Assembly: GCF_022045235.1 (NCBI RefSeq)
Contig: NW_027266330.1
Location: forward strand, 51,646,001-51,710,000
Source of the DNA: Haliotis cracherodii
Taxonomy: Eukaryota
Length of the DNA: 64,000 nucleotides
Direction of reading: 5' to 3'
The position numbers and the translations under genes are program-made. This document shows, piece after piece, positions 25,623-38,036 of the stretch; the first letter of the stretch is position 1; each line of letters opens with the position of its first letter. A model generated the notes under the pieces. That model did not search any database and was not told the DNA's origin. It saw nothing but the letters and a program-made list of their open reading frames with translations.

Positions 25623-26119
25623 GTGAGTAATTACACCCAAACATAACACACAAAAATATATTGAAATATGACATTGAGACTCTATGATTTACACTTCATA
25701 TATTAAATCCCCGTGATGATCCGGGCTAGAATAAGTCTTCAGCAAACCATGCTGGCCGTAAAAGGCGACTATGCTTGTCGTAAGAGGCGAGTAACGGGAT
25801 CGGGTGGTCAGGCTCGCTGACTTGGTTGATATATGTCATCGATGATGTCAATCACTGGATTGTCTGATCCAGACTCCATTATTTACAGACCACCGTCATA
25901 TAGCTGGAATATTGCTGAGTGCTCACTAGTTTACCCAACTAGATTATCCTACCGATAGCATAATCCAGTGTGAATAGGTTATCACGATCTGATAAATTCA
26001 CAATTGCGGTACCCAAGCGAAGTCAGGAACTACTTTCGATAAGCACCATGCCCCGAAGCAGTGTCAACTCGCTCATCAGAATACTGCGCAATAAGTTTAT
26101 ACAGATGTTTCTCGATGTC

Positions 26120-26651
26120 CATCTTCCCGAGGCAAGTGACTTAACTGACTATAAAAAGTCAAGTGTCCACCCTTGCCGAACTAGGCTGGTATTATGGAGT
26201 TACGTTTTGGCTGGACTAACTAGTCTATGCATAGGCCAATCACAATCGCGCAACGAAAGCGAAATTCAGTTCGTAAACTGTCATGCAGATTTCGGGCGAT
26301 AGCAGGATTTGAAAACCATTCGTTGTCAACAGATATTTTGCAATTTTGTTCATGCTTTTAATCAATGCGCTCACGTGATTTGATGCACTTCGCGATGTAA
26401 GACCCGTTTTATCACAATATAGATCTTGATTATCGATCAGAGCGTCTTGACTGGGCGCCGCCATTTTTTTGAAGCAAAAGCAAGTGATACGAGAGAGGGA
26501 ATCTGATTGGTCCATAGGAGAGGCATAGAAGGGACATAACTCGTAATAGCCACTGGTGGCGCTACGATCGAGTCCAGGAATTCCATCCTAGTTCGGCAAG
26601 GGTGGAAACTGGACTTTTGAAGTCAGTTAACTCTCTTGCCTCGGGAAGATG
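26120..26651. mobile_element. Non-autonomous DNA transposon, ~70-bp TIR, CA..TG ends, 9-bp TSD; in intron 1 of TNF gene 2
   Basis: TIR catcttcccgaggcaag... / ...cttgcctcgggaagatg; ctcgatgtc duplicated at 26111-26119 and 26652-26660. A related end fragment sits at ~1831-1886. Confidence 0.9.
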
Positions 26652-27507
26652 CTCGATGTCTAGTTGGCCCTATAAACGCGGCTTCTAATGATTTGGTACA
26701 ATAACATAAATTGCGCAGTTTCTTCATATGTGATTTCAATAGTTACATCTGCCAGTGAAATTACCTCTAAGTGCATGATACAGCTAGAATTACCCTCGTG
26801 CTCTCCATACATAGGCTCGCACAATACAATAGTTCTTCTCTATAATTGATATCTATCATACAGAAACACATTCGGCTTATAAGGTTTCTATCTGTTAGTC
26901 TGGATTGACATTTGGTAATGGAGCTCAAATTTCCGCTTGTAAAACAGATAAACGTCTTCTTGAGTCGTATAACGGTACGCATGTAAACGAGTGAGTGAGT
27001 GAGTTGGGTTTATAACGCCGCTTTTAACAGTATTCCAGTTATATCACGGCGTGTCAGCTTAATGTGGGAGGAAAGCCCGAAGTGATGCAGGTCTCAGACG
27101 TTTACCACTTCGGTGAAACCCACGAGCACGGGTATGGTGCTGAGAAACCTAGAAACATAATCGGGGCGAACCGGTATTCGAACCCACAATCATAGGTTTC
27201 TGGCATGCCCAAGGGACGCAACTCTGCACAGCGAATCGCGGCGCCTTAGACGACTGGGCAACCCGTGCCCCCACATGTAAACGAAGATAGATACCTGATA
27301 ACTGTTATTTTTAACAATCACGATAACAACTAGGGGTATCTTGATGTCATACATTTTTTAATAAGGTTAAGATAATGTACTTGTAGTTAAACTAGATTAA
27401 ACAAGCACGGAAACACAGAATGTATTTCCAGAATCACAAATCCGTGATCAATGTTACTACTTTGATTCCACAAATTGCAACCATATACAGAATTTGTATC
27501 TGTTTAG

Positions 27508-27625
27508 TTCACGAACAGGTTCTACAAACACACACAGTCAGGCACAATCCCAAGCGAAGCACCAGGAACTGACGAAGGCACTGGAGCTCACCTCTACGTA
27601 GACAGCGATGCCCTGAAGTCGGATT
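27508..27625 (+). CDS. TNF ligand gene 2, exon 2 (FTNRFYK...GAHLYVDSDALKSD)
   Basis: tgtttAG acceptor, T|GTACGT donor; contains TNF strand A motif AHL; 118 nt, phase 0-1. Confidence 0.88.
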
Positions 27626-28089
27626 GTACGTACGGTTGACATTATGTAGAAATGGATGTGAATTAGGACAGAAACTACTGCTCAATTGTGAGTGAGTACG
27701 TATGGTTATACGTTGCTTCTAGCAATTAACCAACATATCGGGGGACCAAATTGGGCTTCACACACTGTACTCATGTGGGAAATTAAACCCCGGTCTTCGC
27801 CGTGAGGAGCGAAGGCTTTAACCACCAGACCACCTCACCGTCACTGTTCAATTTCGAAATTTTGAACGTAGGCTGTTGCCCGTAAATTTGATTCCTTACT
27901 AAAACGGAGTTTGGAACGCCCACGGAACAGATTTGAGATATAAATCTTTTGAAATACATCTTTTCCTTCGAAGTAACGAGTAATAAACTGAATAAAATTC
28001 CAATTTAGATTAGATATTGCTGGCGGACCAATCAGAATGCTGGATTATTAAATGTTATGGCAGAATTCAGATTTCCTTTCATAAGGGCT

Positions 28090-28255
28090 AGGGCGGTCGG
28101 GTAGCCTATTGGTTAAAGCGTTCGCTCGTCACGCTGAAGACCCGGGTTCGATTCCCGACATGGGTACAATGTGTGAAGCCCATTTCTGGTGTCCCCCGCC
28201 GTGATATTGCTGGAATATTGCTAAAAACGGCGTAAAACCATACTCACTCACTCAT
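28090..28255 (+). mobile_element. Short tRNA(Asp-like)-derived SINE family B (~165 bp, (CACT)n tail), representative copy
   Basis: Head TAGCCTAGTGG..GTCACGCCGAAGACCCGGGTTCGATTCCC in the consensus; TSD ttcataagggcta. Other copies at ~2510-2672, 3261-3427, 7957-8119, 8934-9060, 9217-9365, 19279-19440, 27688-27842, 30868-31034, 32200-32340, 37397-37555, 44765-44912. Confidence 0.9.
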
Positions 28256-28687
28256 TCATAAGGGCTAAATAACAGGGACCATATGAAAGTTCCCAAAACG
28301 TAAATCGCAGACGAGGTATATATGAATTTAGTAGAACAGGGTATCAATTCTTCAGATTGAATACGGGGGCACGGGTGGCCCAGTCGTCTAAGGAGCCGCG
28401 ATTCGCTGTGCAGTGTTGCGTCCCTTGGGCACGCCAGAAACCTATGATTGTGGGTTCGAATCCCGGTTCGCCCCGATTATGTTTCTAGGTTTGTCAGCAC
28501 CATACTACCCGTGCTCGTGGGTTTCACCGAAGTGGTAAACGTCTGGGACCTGCATCACTTCGGGCTTTCCTCCCACATTAAGCTGACACGCCGTGATATA
28601 ACTGGAATACTGTTAAAAGTGGCGTTAAACCCAACTCACACACACACTAATATTATATTCCATTTCCGTCACCCATTTCATTCGCAG

Positions 28688-29085
28688 CGCCGTCCTTACA
28701 ATGGAATCAGGACTACGGCTACGGCTCAGCTTACAAAGGGATCGACATCAAAAGTGATGGAGAGAATCTTCACATAACAAAACCTGGCCTATATCACGTC
28801 TACTCCTTCTTCACGTTCAAAACTCACCAACCACGTCAACATCCTGACAACGTCTTACATACCATCAGAAGAAGCAACGCCCATCTGCCGAATTTGGGGC
28901 GCACTGTTCTTCTCATGGCCAAGAAGACCTTACCGGAAGCCAGCGAGAGATTCGTCACGAGTTATCTGTCCGCTACAGTCAGACTGAGGCAGGATGATCA
29001 CGTGTCTGTCACTGTCAGCAACATGTCACATGTCTACCGATATCCGCCATCAAATTTCTTTGGCTTGTACTACGTAGGGGAGTGA
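28688..29085 (+). CDS. TNF ligand gene 2, exon 3 (TNF homology domain); spliced protein 319 aa
   Basis: cattcgcAG acceptor; LQW...LHITKPGLYHVYS...TSYLSATVRLRQDDHVSV...NFFGLY, canonical THD motifs. Confidence 0.92.
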
Positions 29086-29435
29086 ACTGCCAGCGGGTAT
29101 TTGCAGTGTTTTTAAGAATTAGGTTGATCTGGTGTGAAACAATCTATATGCATTTTGGAAAAGGAATCATCTAGACAGGACTCGTGAACTAAATTACAGT
29201 ACATTGACACAAAAGAAGTAAAGAATAATGCGTGAGAGAGTTGAGTTTACCGCGGTCTTGGTATTATGAGGTGACTTGTACATGCAAGCATGTTTGGTCT
29301 ACATCCATTCCAGCATGGCGGCTCCCAGTTTCCTGTTCCCTGTGCTAATGAGGTTCGGGAGGTTACAATGACTGATCAGGCACATGGCCCGACCAGACAT
29401 TATATTTGATACAGCTGGAAAATACCACTCATTCA

Positions 29436-29788
29436 TTCGTTTCAACAAAGGTCTTCTCTTTCACCATCCTTGGTCAATCAGGATATTATATCTCCATTCT
29501 ATCATATGTACCCTGGACCATACGCCACCATTACAGGACATGTCATTCATGAGTGAAGTGTGATTGGACGACTATTTTAAGCGTCGTGTTATTTGAATCG
29601 GGCTCCCAACGAAGTTCGTTTCAACAAAGCTCTTCTCTTTCACCACCCTCGGTTAATCAGGATATCATATCTCCATTCTATCATATGTACCCTGGACCTT
29701 ACGCCGCCATTACGCCAAGTGTCACTGATATATGTGATTGGACGGCTATTTCAAGCATCGTGTTATTTGAATCGGGCTCCCAACGAAG
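29436..29788. repeat. Diverged ~178-bp tandem duplication downstream of TNF gene 2
   Basis: ttcgtttcaacaaag...gaatcgggctcccaacgaag occurs twice in tandem. Confidence 0.9.
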
Positions 29789-31054
29789 TCATGGTGGCGA
29801 GTGGGTTTATGGTTTGTATCGTAATAGAATGGCGATATGTTACACTGAATAATTGAGGTTGCTGTGATGCAAGTCATCTATTATTCGTCAAAGCAAAATA
29901 CATACATGGGCGGATGCATGCTTATTACAGAATGTATATGTACATGTATGCTAAAGACACAAATGGAATGGGGACAAACAAGAAATACTGTATAAAACTT
30001 ATAACTAGTAAACCATGATGTAAGGATTATTAGGAAAACGGTGCTTAAATATATATGTGTAAATTTCATTTTAGTCTTCGCACCAAAATTTGGACATGTT
30101 TGTATAATGTCAAATATGAGATCATTGATAAACGAGTCTGGCTTTTACAACTGGAAATTGAATTGTGACAGTTTCTTCACAGCTTCAAAACAAATAATTT
30201 ATGCGGAGTTTGTGAGAGATGGTGAAAGATAAATTAAATAAACTGAAAATATAATTTTCAATTCATTAGCAGTGTTCCAATTAACACGTAAAGCAGAGCT
30301 CAGCCCGGGCCGCATTTCAATCATTTTCCCTCACAAAGTCAAGGGATCTGCATGTTGAATGCCTTGTATAACGGATGTCATGTAGATTGCTATTCACGTT
30401 GATTCTTGCAGTGCAGTGGGTTTCACCAAAACTAGCAAACGTCTTAGGGCATGTCGTCATATATTTTCGCTAGCTCCGATCGCTCGCTCACTCCTTCGTT
30501 GAATGTCATGATTAGACTAGGTCTTCAGCAACCATGCTTGCCGTAAAAGGCGACTGACGGTATCGGTTGGTCAGGCTCGCTGACTTGGTTGATGCATGAC
30601 TTCGTATCCGAAGATCGATCCTCCTGATGTCAGTCTTTGGATTGTCTGGTCCAGACCCGAATATTTACCGACCGCCGTCATATAGCTGGAATGTTGCTGA
30701 GTGCGGCGTTAAACAAGAAACACTCCTTCACTCATTGTTTCAATTCCAATCAGCCTAACCCTTCTCTTTCAAATAATGCCAAGTTACATTAATACACTGT
30801 TATGAAATTCTTGTTAGGCAACACAGTTATTTGTATATATGTAAAGTGATAATTATTTGCATATTGACTGAGTGAGTGAGTGTGATTTTTCGCCGCTTTT
30901 AGCAATATTCCAGCAATATCACGGCGGGGGACACCAGAAAATGGGCTTCACACATTGTACTCATGTCGGGAATCGAACCCGGGTCTTCGTCGTGACGAGC
31001 GAACACTTTAACCACAAGGCTACCTGACCGCCCCTGCATATAAAGAGCCACACA

Positions 31055-31206
31055 TGACTCATTCGGGAAATCCTTGTAACGTGATGCGTGTGCATGACTT
31101 CACGTTTAGATTATTTCCTGGTGTTGATACATGCATGTATTTGGAACGTCATGTCGTGTGAAATATTCTATTGATAAACAAATGTGAAACCGGCATTATT
31201 TTGTGC
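31055..31206 (+). promoter_or_regulatory. Candidate enhancer, duplicated at 33293-33465, with an AP-1 site next to a kB/ETS-like site
   Basis: TGACTCAttcGGGAAATCC vs TGACTCAttCCGGAAATtc; also shares atttcctgg, gtgtgaaatat and acaaatgtgaaaccggcat. Confidence 0.4.
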
Positions 31207-32780
31207 ATTCATTTATTTCTGTGTTCATTTCAAACATGACGATCGGTTTGTCGATGATGGTTGCCTCGATGAGTATTAACCGTTACAATGAGCGGTGGTT
31301 TACATCTGCGTGGTAAGAAAAGGTCTTCAGCAGCCCATGCTTGTCGTAAAAGGCGACTAAAGTGATCGGGTGGTCAGGCTCGCTGCCTTTGTTGATGCTC
31401 ATGATATCAATCACTGGATTTTCTGGTCCAGACTCGATTATTTACAGATCGCCGTCATATAGCAGGAATATTGTTGGGTGCGGCCTTAAACCAAAAAAAC
31501 AAAAAACAGACTAACTGTTCCAATGAAAATGTAAATAGTTCTTTTCGTTTCGATTCAGACTTTATGGGCATTGTCTCTTTGTAAATTATGGCAACTTCTA
31601 TTTCAAGTGTGCCCATATTCCATAGTTTGCTAGCTTTCTGTTGGTTTTCTTTGGTAGGCCTGATGTTGCGTAACGCAGCAGTCACCTGCTGCGTAACGCA
31701 GCAGTCACCTGGAGTAACAAGCTGTGCATAGTTCATATATGGACCTGTCAACGCATGCTTGCCGTAAAAGGCGACTATGCTTGTCGTAAGACGCGACTAA
31801 CGGGATCGGGCGGTCAGGCTCTCTGGTTGATAGCATGTCATCGGTGTACGGTGAAACACAATCAGACAGGTGACACATCTGAGCATCCCAATCCCTCACG
31901 ACAAGCATTAAATACAATATTAAATGTCTGCATAATCCCCTTAGCTACCGTGTAGTCACCTTTAACCGATATTAGTTGAAGTCATAAATGAGGTTGGGTT
32001 TGTTGGCATCAACTCAATAGCAATGTGTTCAAAGTCCAAATCAAGAAAATGAACGTGCTAAAGTCCACTGGTTATAAAACGACACCTATTTAGTTTGGAT
32101 AGGTGATTTACAAAAAGCATCAATGACCCAGAACTGCCCGTCTCTCAACACTGTCTCAATTATTCGTCACGCCGTCACTCGTCACTCGCCGTCGCCGTCA
32201 CTCGTCACTCGTCACGCCGAAGACCCGGGTTCGATTCCTGACATGGGTACAAAGTGTGAAGCCCATTTCTGGTGTCCCCCGCCGTTATATTGCTGGAATA
32301 TTGCTAAAAGCGGCGTAAAACCTCACTCATTCACTCACTAATTATTCCTCATAACTACTTAGAACCCGAGAAAGTACACATTGAATGATGAACTTAGAAT
32401 ATGCAATGAAATACCCTTCATTGTTACATAAGGTTTCACTAGGGTGGGGAAGATTTTCCGACTAGGCCAAATAACAAAACAACCATTGATTTCTCATCAG
32501 TTTTCTTAATTTTCTTTGAAAACCCTCCTTTTTATTTTGATTTTCAAATCACTCTTACCAGCATTCACACTTACCCTAAACGAAAACAATCATATCAGCA
32601 AGACAAAGGTAGGCTTATGTGACTATTGTTCAAGGTGTGGTTACGGTCCACAAGAACAATTTCTGACCGGAAACCATTCTAAAAAGGTGGACGAATGAGG
32701 TGAGGTGAGGTGAAATGGGGTTTAACGTCGCGCTCAAGATTATTGCACTTATATAGCGATGTGCATGCACGCGCGCGCGC

Positions 32781-32842
<62 letters not shown>

Positions 32843-33479
32843 GACTGCTTGTACTTGTCCGGACTGATGCCGATTTATAGTGCTAGCTCACTGAGATGCC
32901 ATGCCGCAATTTAACATGAATACCCCACTCAGACAAAGTATGCTGACTCCGAGCCGACCAGTCCTCGTTTTAGCCTCTTAATGCCGAGCGCCAGACAGGG
33001 TAACAACAAGTGCCATCTTTTAACGTCTTTTGGTATGACGCGGTCGGGGATCGAACCCCGGGCATTCATCTCTCTGGGCGGACACTCTACTACTAGACCA
33101 CGGAGGCGGTCCATGGTAGAATGGAGATAAACACACTGCGGATTCGGCTTTAACTCCGTTTAGCGCTATCAGATATACAAGTAAGCAACTTTTTCATTGA
33201 AAACACAGTATTTTTTATCTCCTAATCATCAAAACAATTTTATCGTTTTTCAAGCTACATGTATAATTAGTGATATTTTAAGCGTCATACAATGACTCAT
33301 TCCGGAAATTCGTATACCATGAGTTAAGCGATGATCTTTATGTGTGCACGGCTTCAAGTTAAGATCATTTCCTGGTTATGTAAATACACAGATGGATCTA
33401 GAGTTTCGACGCCGTGTGAAATATCATTTTAATAGACAAATGTGAAACCGGCATGAGTTTGTGCCCCAGAATAGAAAAA

Positions 33480-33932
33480 CAGTAAACTACGGTTACAACG
33501 AGCTCAAAGGGACCACTAATTTTAGTTCGTTTGTTGTTCGTTTGTTTGTTGTTTAACGCCGCACTCAGCAATAGTCCAGCTATTTGACGGCGGTCTGTAA
33601 AAAATCAAGTCTGGACCAGACAATCCAGTAATTAATATCATGAGCATCGATCCACGCAATTGGGATACGATGACATGCATCAACCAAATCAGCGAGTCTG
33701 ACCACCCGATCCCGTTAGTAGCCTCTGACGAGCACAGTCGCCTATTACAGCAAGCATGGGTTGCTGAAGACCTATCCTTCCCCGGATCTTCACGGGTATT
33801 TTAGTTCGGAATAATCGTAGTTCGTAATAAGCAAACATACAGCATATATACAACAAATAGCCGGGACTAAACGCAAGTTCGTTGTATTGGTCAGATCGTT
33901 ATAACCGTGTTCGTTATAAACGTAGGTTACTG
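33480..33932. mobile_element. pogo/Tigger-type MITE carrying a nested family-D SINE (~33530-33797)
   Basis: TIR cagtaaactacggttacaacga / tcgttataaacgtaggttactg; nested SINE flanked by TSD attttagttcg. Confidence 0.75.
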
Positions 33933-35889
33933 TAAATACATAATGTGTTTATTTCACACATAATACAACCGCTATGTCGATGTTGTCCGATACTAGGAGT
34001 AACAGCCATTGTAATGAGAGGAGTGAGTGAGTGAGTGAGTTGGGTTTAACGCCGCTTTTAACAGTATTCCAGTTATATCAGCGTAATGTGGGAGGAAAGC
34101 CCGAAGTGATGTAGGTCTCAGAACGTTCACCACTTCGGTGAAACCCAGGAGCACGGGTATGGTGCTGACAAACCTAGAAACATAATCGGGGCGAACCGGA
34201 ATTCGAACCCACAATCACAGGTTTCTGGCGTGCCCAAGGGCCGCAACTCTGCACAGCGAATTAGACGACTGGGCCACCCGTGTCCCCTGTAATGAGAGGA
34301 GATTTAACTTATACAGTAACCGTTATTAAGGACCATTTGATATTCTCACTGTTGAAAAAGAAATTGTCTGCCACAAAAAATATATTGTCCCAAGGCGTTT
34401 TCCTTTAAAAGAACCCCATTCAGATAGTTTAAATCTAAACAAAATGAATTTAAAAATATCGAATCTCAAAAGTATGTTTAAATAATTATATGTACAATTA
34501 TAGGTCACAAAATGCAAAGTTGCGGTTAGTGCAATAGTCAACGGACGTTTGGTAATACATTTTGTGCTGAGATTGTAGTTCGAGTATTGGGAATACCAGA
34601 GAGCTTGCAATGTGGCACCCCAGGACACCGACCACTTGATATTCGGTGGAGAAGGGGGTACTGGGATTCTATCGAAACAAATAGATTGTCTTATGAAATT
34701 CATGAAAAAGAAATATGCCTCAGATTGTTGTAAAAAAATGAGATTGTCGGCCACAAAAAATAAATTGTTCCAAGGTGTTTTTCTAAAAAAAACATTCAGG
34801 CTCATAGATTTAATTACATGAAAATATCTAATCTCCAAACAAAAATTCTGCCCCCCTTCCGTGGACCTGCGTTTGTTTGTGCATCAAGCGCAAAATACAT
34901 ATTCAGTTATAGAAGCCTGAAAGTGGCTAAGTTACACCAGAAGGAATAAGTTAGGCGATGGGCAGCAGAAGTGGACTGCACACATTTAAGTAATATCTGA
35001 AATGCTGTTATCCACCAATGATTGGTGAGGTGAGGTGAAATGCACGTAAATAGCGACGAAAGGTGGACGAATGAGGTGAGCTGAGGTGAAATGGGGTTTA
35101 ACGTCGCGCCAAAGATTATTGCACTTATATAGCGACGTGCATGCACGTGTGTGTGTGTGTGTGTGTGTGGCTGCTTGTACTTGTCCGGACTGATGCCGAT
35201 TTATAGTGCTAGCTCACTGAGATACCATATGTCGCAGTTTAACATGGATACCCCAGTCAGACACAGTATACTGACTCCGAGCCGACCCGTCCTCGTTTTA
35301 GCCCCTTAATGCCGAGCGCCAGACAGGGTAACAACAAGTACCATTTTTTAACGTCTTTTGGTATGACGCGGCCGGGGATTGAACCCCGGAGGCGGTTCCA
35401 CCATTGATTGTATGTAATAAGTATAGTTCGCCATTGTCAATCAATTATGTTCTCTGTTAACCTCAATGTGCTATGTTGTGTTGCCTTCATAAATTCAGCT
35501 CATTTTAGTTCACGCAAGGGATTCACATTATCAAAGCGCAAATCAGAAATATCTCTTTTCCCGTGTAAGCGGGCATGTTATCATCAGCTATTTAAAAGCA
35601 ATTGGTCTGTGAATATAAATTTTAAATATGTATGTGAATAATAAAATGCTTATTTTTAAATTTGGTGTGATGCTATTATCTACTGACTTTATTGAAGGCT
35701 CTGTCCAGGGGGTTAAAGTATCGTAAAAGTATTGTCTCCCTGTGTGACACGTAATCCTACATCATCGATGTAACTATCATCAACGGGTGTTTTTAAGCCA
35801 ACTCATTGCTGAGTATTTTTTTAATATTGGCGAGTATTGTTCACAACCACCAGTAGCTAAAGTGATGACGTAAATCCTGCTGGGGTATC

Positions 35890-36160
35890 ATGCAGGAAGC
35901 AGAGGTATTGTAAGTCCCCATGATCCCCAGCGAGGTGGCCTAGCTTTGGTTACTGGTGGCCTATAGCCCGTGTTTTAAAACTGTATATATAACATTGTTA
36001 TGCTCAAATATGTTTCATAAATTGTTTCGAAATATATTATTTTCAAATAAAAAATAAAAACTTGCATTAATAACTAAATCGTATATATCTTAATCTTAAC
36101 TTGGTCTCGTCGCTATATGGCTGAAATAATGCCGATGCGACGTTAAATTTTAACTCACTG
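35890..36160 (+). mobile_element. Retroelement 3'-end fragment (family E); inverted homologue at ~14066-14356
   Basis: Shares gtattgtaagtcccca and the tail ctatatggctgaaata..cgacgttaaa..(cact) with the reverse complement of 14066-14356. Confidence 0.6.
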
Positions 36161-36357
36161 ACATGTCAGTTCAGGGAATCAAACCCGGGCCTTCAGCGTG
36201 ATGAGCGAACGTTTTAACCACTATACTACCCCTACTGTACGTCAATGATTATCTGTAAACGTCCCCGGGTTGACGGGAGAACAATATGGGTGCACCTTCC
36301 CTGTTGGGTCAAGTAGCAGGAAATACAAACAGCAATTGGCCCGCGAATTGAACAACA

Positions 36358-36738
36358 ATGGCCGACACGCCAGAGGACAGTTATCTGAGAGTGGAACATT
36401 TCCAATCACAGACAGAAACACAACCAATTCCAAGGAGATCCTGCACGACTAAACGCTGCATCGTTACGGCTGCTCTTGTTCTGTCGTTGTCTGTTAATGC
36501 AGTGGGTGTGTTCTATTGGTACTATCACCACTCCCAGCACGCCGTCAACGACGGTCAGTCAGCAGAAGTGTCTGAAGTTCTTACCAACACGTTATGCACG
36601 GGCTGCGCGGACATAGGCGTACATCCGGGCACAAGCAACATTTCCGATCTGGAGGATCTTTTTGTGCTTGAAATGCCTGGCTCGTCCTGTTTGTGCTGTC
36701 TGCAGAATATCGGGGGTCTACAGATGCTGTTGACGCTC
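36358..36738 (+). CDS. TNF-superfamily ligand gene 3, exon 1 (TM plus CxxC..CC stalk; 127 aa)
   Basis: TM CIVTAALVLSLSVNAVGVFYWYY; CTC|GTAAGT donor, phase 0; homologous to gene 2 exon 1. Confidence 0.9.
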
Positions 36739-38036
36739 GTAAGTTTTTAAAGCCCTCATTCATGACTGTCTTCAGAGAAATATTTGTATTTGTATTATAT
36801 ATTTTAGATAAAGGGATGATAATTCATCAAAAAATAATTTTGGAATATGCACGACGCCTGATAAGTGTTTTCACCAAAGTGACACCCATAAGATCATGGT
36901 TTTATCACTGAACCTGGATCATGGTGTCTCCGTCGCGATATGGCTCGAATGTTTTGTTTGTTTGTTTGTTTGTTTGCTGTTTAACGCCGCACTCAGCAAT
37001 ATTCCAGTTATATGACGGCTGTCTGTAAAATAAGCGAGTCTTGACCAGACAATCCAGTGATTGACATCATGAGCAACGATCCACGCAATTTAGATCGATG
37101 ACATGCATCAACCAAGTCAGCGAGCCTGACCACCCGGCTCGAATGTTACTCAAACGGCGTGTAACATACTGATTCAATGTCTTAGCCAGAAAAGGCTTGG
37201 TTTGTTGTTTTACGCCGCACTCAGCAATATTCCAGCTATACGACGGCAGTCTGTAAATAATCGAGTCTGGACAAGACAATCCAGTGATTGATATCATGAG
37301 CATCGATGACATGTTTCAACCAAGTTAGTCGCCTCTTACGACAAGCATAATCGCCTTTTATTGCAAGAAGGGGTTGTTGAAGACCTATTCTACCCTAGGT
37401 AGCCTAGTGGTTAAAGCGTTTGCTCGTCACGCCAAAGACCCGGGTTCGATTCCCGACGTGGGTACAATGTGTGAAGCCCATTTCTGGTGTCTCCAGCCGT
37501 GATATTGCTGGAATATTGCTAAAAGCGGCGTAAAACCATACTCACTCACTCAGTCACTATTGATTCACAAACCTTGTGTAAAAACAGGAATGAGTTTAAA
37601 AGATCTTTAAACAGTATTTCGGGATGCCAGATAAATTAGGGAAGACAGCTGAAAGTACACTGGTCGTAGAAGCCTGCCACTTTGATACGTGAAACCCACG
37701 AGCATTAGTCAAACAAAAGATAACCTTGCCAATGTCATGAGATTCGGAACCATGGATCCTTCCTCTGAGGGACGGGGGCACGGGAGACCCAGTCGTCTAC
37801 GGCAGAAACGTATGATCGTGGGTTCGAATCCCGGTTCGGCCCGATTATGTTTCTAGGTTTGTCAGCACTATACCCGTGCTCGTGGGTTTCACCGAAGTGG
37901 TAAACGTCTGAGACCTGCATCACTTCGGGCATTCCTCCCAGATTAAGCTGATACGCCGCGATATAACTGGAATACTGTTAAAAGCGGCGTTAAACCCAAC
38001 TCACTTACTCAATCACTCCTCTGAGGGACACATATA

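Noticed and set aside
28090-28170. tRNA genes at the heads of SINE A, B and C
   Set aside because: A/B boxes are present, but each head continues into a SINE body and tail with TSDs and many divergent copies; no canonical cloverleaf with terminator.
34326-34838. 170-aa minus-strand ORF
   Set aside because: AT-rich, no recognisable motif or splice context; probably inside a non-autonomous DNA element.
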